Origin: Thermoplasmata archaeon
GTDB lineage: Archaea; Thermoplasmatota; SW-10-69-26; JACQPN01; JAJPHT01
Assembly: GCA_034667685.1 (NCBI GenBank)
Contig: JAXDQU010000052.1
Span: forward strand, 1 to 11,620
DNA: 11,620 nt
Reading direction: 5' to 3'
The notes under the pieces are model-generated. The model was not told where the DNA came from. It was given only the letters and a program-made list of their open reading frames with translations, and did not search any database. Positions 7,918 through 11,620 of the stretch are shown here, piece by piece (the stretch's first letter is position 1; each line of letters starts with the position of its first letter). The position numbers were made by a program, and so were the translations under genes.

Positions 7918-7971
7918 CGGAGCTACGGTGCCTGGAGAAGACAGAAGCCACGGCGCGCGCTGCGCGTGGGC

Positions 7972-10527
7972 ATGGAGGCCCGAGGGAGCGCGCTCGCCGT
8001 CGCGGTGCTGCTGCTCCTGGCGACCGCGCCCGTCTTCGCGGCGCCCATCCTCTCCACGCTGCCGCACGGCGCGATCCTGATCCAGCGCGATGCGGACTTC
8101 GACGCGGCGCACGGCGTCGTCGCGGGCTCCGGCACGCCGGCCGACCCGTACTTGATCTCCGGCTGGCACGTCGTCGTGGGAAGCGGCGCGGCCATCTCGG
8201 TGACGAACACCACCGCGGCCTTCGTGATCGCCGGCAACCTTGTCGAGGGGCCGACGGGCATCTCCGTCACGGCGGACGCCTCGTGGTCGCTCGTCGAGGA
8301 CAACCAAGTCATCGTCCACGGCAGCGGCATCGTCGTGTCGGGCGCCTCGACCGGCATCGTCAACAACACGCTCCAGCCGGGCGCTGGCGCCTCGGGCAGC
8401 GCGACCGCCATCGTCACGACCGGCGCGAGCGTCCAGGTGTACGGCAACGCGATCGACGAGGTCGCCAACGGCATCGTCGCGACGCAGGGCAGCGTCTCCG
8501 TCTGCGCCAACGACGTGCAGAACGCCAACGTGGGCATCCTCGTGCAGGCCGGCGCGAACGCGACCGTCTGCGGCAACGTCGTCGCGCATTGCGGCGAGGT
8601 CGGCATCAAGACCGTCCTCACCGTGGGCAGCCTCGTCGTCAACAACACCGTGCAGTCGTGCGTGGGCGGCATCTTCCTGATGCACGACAAGGACGTCAAC
8701 GCCACCGCGAACCTCGTGGTGAAGGCCTCCGTCTACGGCATCCTCTGCGAGCAGTGCGGCGGCACCGTGAGCCTCAACACCGTGATCGACGGCTGGGCCG
8801 ACGGCATCGAGCTCTGGAAGAGCACCGCGCTCTTCGCCGACAACAACGTCTCCAACAACCTGGGCGCCGCGTTCAATGCCGAAGGGGGCGCCGCCACGAT
8901 CCGCGCGAACCTCGTGCTGCGCAACGGCGTGGGCGTCACGCTCTGGAACCAGGACACCGCGCACCTGGAGGCGAACGTGCTCGCCAACAACACCGTCGGG
9001 CTCGACGTGCCCTACGGCTCGCGGCAGGCCGTCGCCTCGATGTCGGGCAACGTGGTCAACGGCGTCAACGTCGACGGCACGCTGCGCGCGGGCGAGCAGG
9101 TCTTCTTCTACAAGGCCGCGAACGTGACGATCGCGGGCGGCGTGCGCGACTCGGGCTTCTCCGCCGGCTACTTCGGCAGCGTCAGCGCGGAGGGCAACGT
9201 CGTCCTCTACGAGGTCGACACGGCGACGATCGACGGGACGCTCATCGGCCACGCGGACGTGGGCGTCATGGCGGTCAACTCGTTCAACGTCGTCGTGCGC
9301 GGCGCGACCATCACGCAGGCGCGCGTCGGCGTGGCGGCCTACGGCACCCTCACCGGGTCGGGCGAGTACGGCGGCGTGGGCGAGGTGCCCGCGTGCGTCG
9401 TCTCGGTCAAGAACACCAGCATCAGCATCCCGGTGGACCCCGCGGGCACCATCGGCATCTCCGCCGAGGCGTGCCGCGTGCAGGTTTCGAACACCAGCGT
9501 CTCGCTCGTGGACACCGGCATCCTCGTGGACGCCGGCTCGCAGGCGCTCATCGTCAACGCGAGCGTCCACGACACGCGCGTCGGGCTGGACCTCACCGGC
9601 ACGCCGCATGATATCAACGTCACCGGCACCGTGATCGCGCGCAACCAGTACGGCATCCTCGCGCGCGGCAGCGTCGGCGCGTTCGTGGACGACCAGGTCA
9701 CGGACAACGTCGGCCCCGGCATGGCGCTGCTCCACGGCGCGCGCGTCGAGGTCATGGGCAGCGCGTTCCTGCGCAACGGCGCGGGGCTCGTGGACGCGCA
9801 GCCCTGCGGCGCGCCCGCCTCCTGCGGCCAGCTCGTCTCGACGGCGAACGTGTTCGCGCAGAACCGCGGCGACGGCGTGGCCGTGAACGGCACGACGCGC
9901 TTCGAGGCCGACCAGCTCGTGGACAACCGCGGCGACGGCGCGCGCGTGGGCAGCACGACACTGCGCGGCGTCACGGCCTCCGGCAACCTCGTCGACGGCG
10001 TCGCGGTCAGCGGCACGTTCCTCGTGCGCGGGTCCACCTTCGACCACAACGGCCGCCACGGCGCCACGCTCGTGGGCGCGGGCGACCTGCGCAACGTGAC
10101 CTCCGTCTGGAACGCGCAGGCCGGCTTGCGGCTCTCGCCGGCGGGCGTCACCGCGGCCGACCTCTACGTGGCCGACAACTTCGACGGCATCCTGCTCGAC
10201 GAGGGCGCCTCCGCCGGACCCGTCGCGGTCCCGCCGCCCTCCGTGCAGGGCGTGTGGGGCCTCCTCGGCCTCGTCGCGCCCACCGCGAGCCCCGCGACGC
10301 TCGACGTCCACCACTCCGCGATCGTCGCCAACGAGCGCGACGCCATCCGCGCCGGCGGCCAGGTCGTCAACGCCACGTCCAACTGGTGGGGAAGCGCCAC
10401 CGGCCCGGCGCTCGACGTAGGGGACCAAATCGGCGCGTTCCAGAACGGCGTCTCGCCCACCGTCCGGTTCGTGCCCTACTACACGGACGCCGGCATGACG
10501 ACCGTCGGGCCCGTGCCGCTGCTCTGA
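7972..10527 (+). CDS. Secreted right-handed parallel beta-helix repeat protein (NosD/CASH/pectin-lyase-like fold), about 851 aa
   Basis: Signal peptide ending VFA, N-terminal GSGT.ADPY.I motif, many [IV]..N.[IV]..N..GI repeats and C-terminal VNATSNWWGSATGP. An alternative in-frame GTG lies at 7966. Confidence 0.9.
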   Translation: MEARGSALAVAVLLLLATAPVFAAPILSTLPHGAILIQRDADFDAAHGVVAGSGTPADPYLISGWHVVVGSGAAISVTNTTAAFVIAGNLVEGPTGISVTADASWSLVEDNQVIVHGSGIVVSGASTGIVNNTLQPGAGASGSATAIVTTGASVQVYGNAIDEVANGIVATQGSVSVCANDVQNANVGILVQAGANATVCGNVVAHCGEVGIKTVLTVGSLVVNNTVQSCVGGIFLMHDKDVNATANLVVKASVYGILCEQCGGTVSLNTVIDGWADGIELWKSTALFADNNVSNNLGAAFNAEGGAATIRANLVLRNGVGVTLWNQDTAHLEANVLANNTVGLDVPYGSRQAVASMSGNVVNGVNVDGTLRAGEQVFFYKAANVTIAGGVRDSGFSAGYFGSVSAEGNVVLYEVDTATIDGTLIGHADVGVMAVNSFNVVVRGATITQARVGVAAYGTLTGSGEYGGVGEVPACVVSVKNTSISIPVDPAGTIGISAEACRVQVSNTSVSLVDTGILVDAGSQALIVNASVHDTRVGLDLTGTPHDINVTGTVIARNQYGILARGSVGAFVDDQVTDNVGPGMALLHGARVEVMGSAFLRNGAGLVDAQPCGAPASCGQLVSTANVFAQNRGDGVAVNGTTRFEADQLVDNRGDGARVGSTTLRGVTASGNLVDGVAVSGTFLVRGSTFDHNGRHGATLVGAGDLRNVTSVWNAQAGLRLSPAGVTAADLYVADNFDGILLDEGASAGPVAVPPPSVQGVWGLLGLVAPTASPATLDVHHSAIVANERDAIRAGGQVVNATSNWWGSATGPALDVGDQIGAFQNGVSPTVRFVPYYTDAGMTTVGPVPLL

Positions 10528-10540
10528 CGCGCTGGCGTTT

Positions 10541-10624
10541 CAGGGCTCCGGGCTCAGGACTCGGGACTCAGGACTCTCCGGTTGCAGGCAGGCGGGAGCC
10601 CTGAGTCCCGAGTCCTGAGCCCCG
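10541..10624. repeat. Palindrome with arms built of 7-mer CRGGACT / AGTCCYG units
   Basis: 10550-10576 and 10596-10622 are reverse complements at 26/27 positions. There are five left-arm and four right-arm heptamers, between convergent stop codons. Confidence 0.93.
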
Positions 10625-10633
10625 CGAACGGAA

Positions 10634-10936
10634 TCACTTCTCTTCGGCGTGCTCGTGCCTGTCGTGCTCGAGCTTGCGGCTCTGCGCCACCCGGGCCTCG
10701 CCGCCCTTGCGGCCGATCTCGGAGTAGAAGTCGGGCCCGCGCTCCTTCGCCACGCGCTGGCCGCCCTTGCGCCCGATGCGCGAATAGAAGTCCGGGCCGT
10801 AGCGCTGCTTGGTGGTGTTGCCCCCCTTGCGGGCCGCCTCCTCGATCGTCATGGGGCGCGACGAGGTGTCCTCGGTGGTCCCCTTCGTCGCGTTCTCGTC
10901 ATGCGTCGTCTCGTCAGGAACGTCGTTCTCAACCAC
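10634..10936 (-). CDS. KGG-repeat / GsiB-Em-like hydrophilic general stress protein (about 100 aa)
   Basis: MTIEEAARKGG followed by two 20-aa repeats (GPDFYSRIGRKGG, GPDFYSEIGRKGG). Start placed at GTG 10936 behind an SD-like AGGTGA; alternative GTG at 10945. Confidence 0.88.
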   Translation of the reverse strand: MVENDVPDETTHDENATKGTTEDTSSRPMTIEEAARKGGNTTKQRYGPDFYSRIGRKGGQRVAKERGPDFYSEIGRKGGEARVAQSRKLEHDRHEHAEEK

Positions 10937-11028
10937 TCGGGTCACCTGTTGCCTGGTGGCTCTCCCGGGCGGTCGTTAGAAAGGTTCTAGCCCCTTCCTC
11001 GGTTGGCTCGACGATGCGACGACCGACG

Positions 11029-11141
11029 AAGGGAAGCGAGGGAAACTGAAGGGAAGAAGGGAAGCGGGGGAAGACGGGCGGCTTGGATGAGCCCCCTTCT
11101 TCCCCCGCTTCCCTTCTTCCCGCGCTTTCCCAGCTTCCCTT
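11029..11141. repeat. Purine/pyrimidine palindrome built of AAGGGAAG(C)-type units
   Basis: 11051-11074 pairs perfectly with 11098-11121 (24 bp). The outer AAGGGAAGC (11029-11037) pairs with 11133-11141. It lies just downstream of the RNase P RNA 3' end. Confidence 0.9.
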
Positions 11142-11164
11142 ACACGTCCGTGAGAAAATGCGTG

Positions 11165-11543
11165 GCCTGGATGCCGGTCGTAAGCCCGGTTCTGTTCATC
11201 CCGCGCGCCTCGCGGCGTCCGGGACTGACGGCATTCTCCTACCCTTGCGGGTGCCCTCGTCGTCGAGGGCCGCGTCCGACTCGCCTCGCGGGTGAGCGTC
11301 GATCGAGGCTGTTTGGACTTGCTCCAGGGACCGATAGGGCCGTTTCATCCTCTCCTTCCGAAACGTCCGGGGCTTGGGTCCCCATCACACTTCACGGAGG
11401 CGGTGTCGTGTCTGCTCCTCGGTCGGGGCTCTCGCCCCGGTCGCTGCGCGTCCTTGGGATCGCGCCGCGGCGCCCTTGCTCACGGGAGCCGGGACTTTCC
11501 TCACCCCCTTGCGGGAGCGTCGGCCGTCCGCCGGCTTCCAGGC
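11165..11543 (-). ncRNA. rnpB: RNase P RNA, archaeal type-A-like (about 379 nt)
   Basis: The minus strand has CR-I GAGGAAAGUCC (11492-11502), CR-V ACAGAACCGGGCUUA (11181-11195), GAUGAAACGG, GGAGCAAG and AGAAUGCCGUC. P1 is 11165-11177/11531-11543 (12/13). P2, P3, P5, P6, P9, P10, P15, P16 and P19 pair by eye. P13/P14 are absent. Confidence 0.96.
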
Positions 11544-11566
11544 AATCGGACCACGGGCTCCTCCGC

Positions 11567-11577
11567 CATGAACGTTC
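11567..11577 (-). promoter_or_regulatory. Putative rnpB promoter core (GAACGTTCATG)
   Basis: Ends 24 nt upstream of the P1 5' end, with the same spacing and a similar sequence to the motifs upstream of protein genes in this window. Confidence 0.45.
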
Positions 11578-11620
11578 CCGAGCCCAGAGTCCTGAGCCTT
11601 GAGTCCTGAGTCCCGAGCCC
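11574..11620. repeat. Heptamer tandem array (AGTCCTG-type), truncated by the window end
   Basis: Units AGCCCAG, AGTCCTG, AGCCTTG, AGTCCTG, AGTCCCG, AGCCC...; the same unit as the 10541-10624 palindrome. Confidence 0.9.

Noticed and set aside
6292-10428. 1378-aa minus-strand ORF, the 1092-aa ORF at 6333-9611, and other long Arg/Ala/Gly-rich ORFs
   Set aside because: Shadow frames of real genes in very GC-rich DNA, with low-complexity translations and no recognisable motifs.
7972-10527. Calling the beta-helix gene nosD (N2O reductase maturation)
   Set aside because: Only the fold-level repeat is shared, and no nosZ/F/Y/L genes are nearby.
11003-11609. ORFs overlapping 11003-11609
   Set aside because: The region is explained by the RNase P RNA on the opposite strand and by repeats.

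Overview
GC-rich window, most likely archaeal (Thermoplasmatota-like). The assignment is inferred from an archaeal type-A-like RNase P RNA, a degenerate BRE/TATA-like motif about 25 nt upstream of mostly leaderless starts, and the protein families present. Gene order: three small minus-strand genes; MaoC-family dehydratase (+); LolD/MacB-type ABC ATPase and a 913-aa double-FtsX permease (-); CitE/HpcH-family CoA-ester lyase (+); lipoprotein (-); a membrane-anchored beta-helix/winged-HTH regulator followed by an 851-aa secreted parallel beta-helix protein (+); KGG/GsiB-like stress protein (-); RNase P RNA (-). The most unusual features are non-coding. Six intergenic elements are built from short tandem units of four unrelated types (GGCTGA, CACRGAGGW, CRGGACT, AAGGGAAGC), and four of them form long inverted repeats. 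Two related elements bracket the ABC cassette, which separates a maoC-citE pair. The RNase P RNA also has two extra hairpins where archaeal RNAs normally have none. All family calls come from motif recognition by eye; no searches were run.
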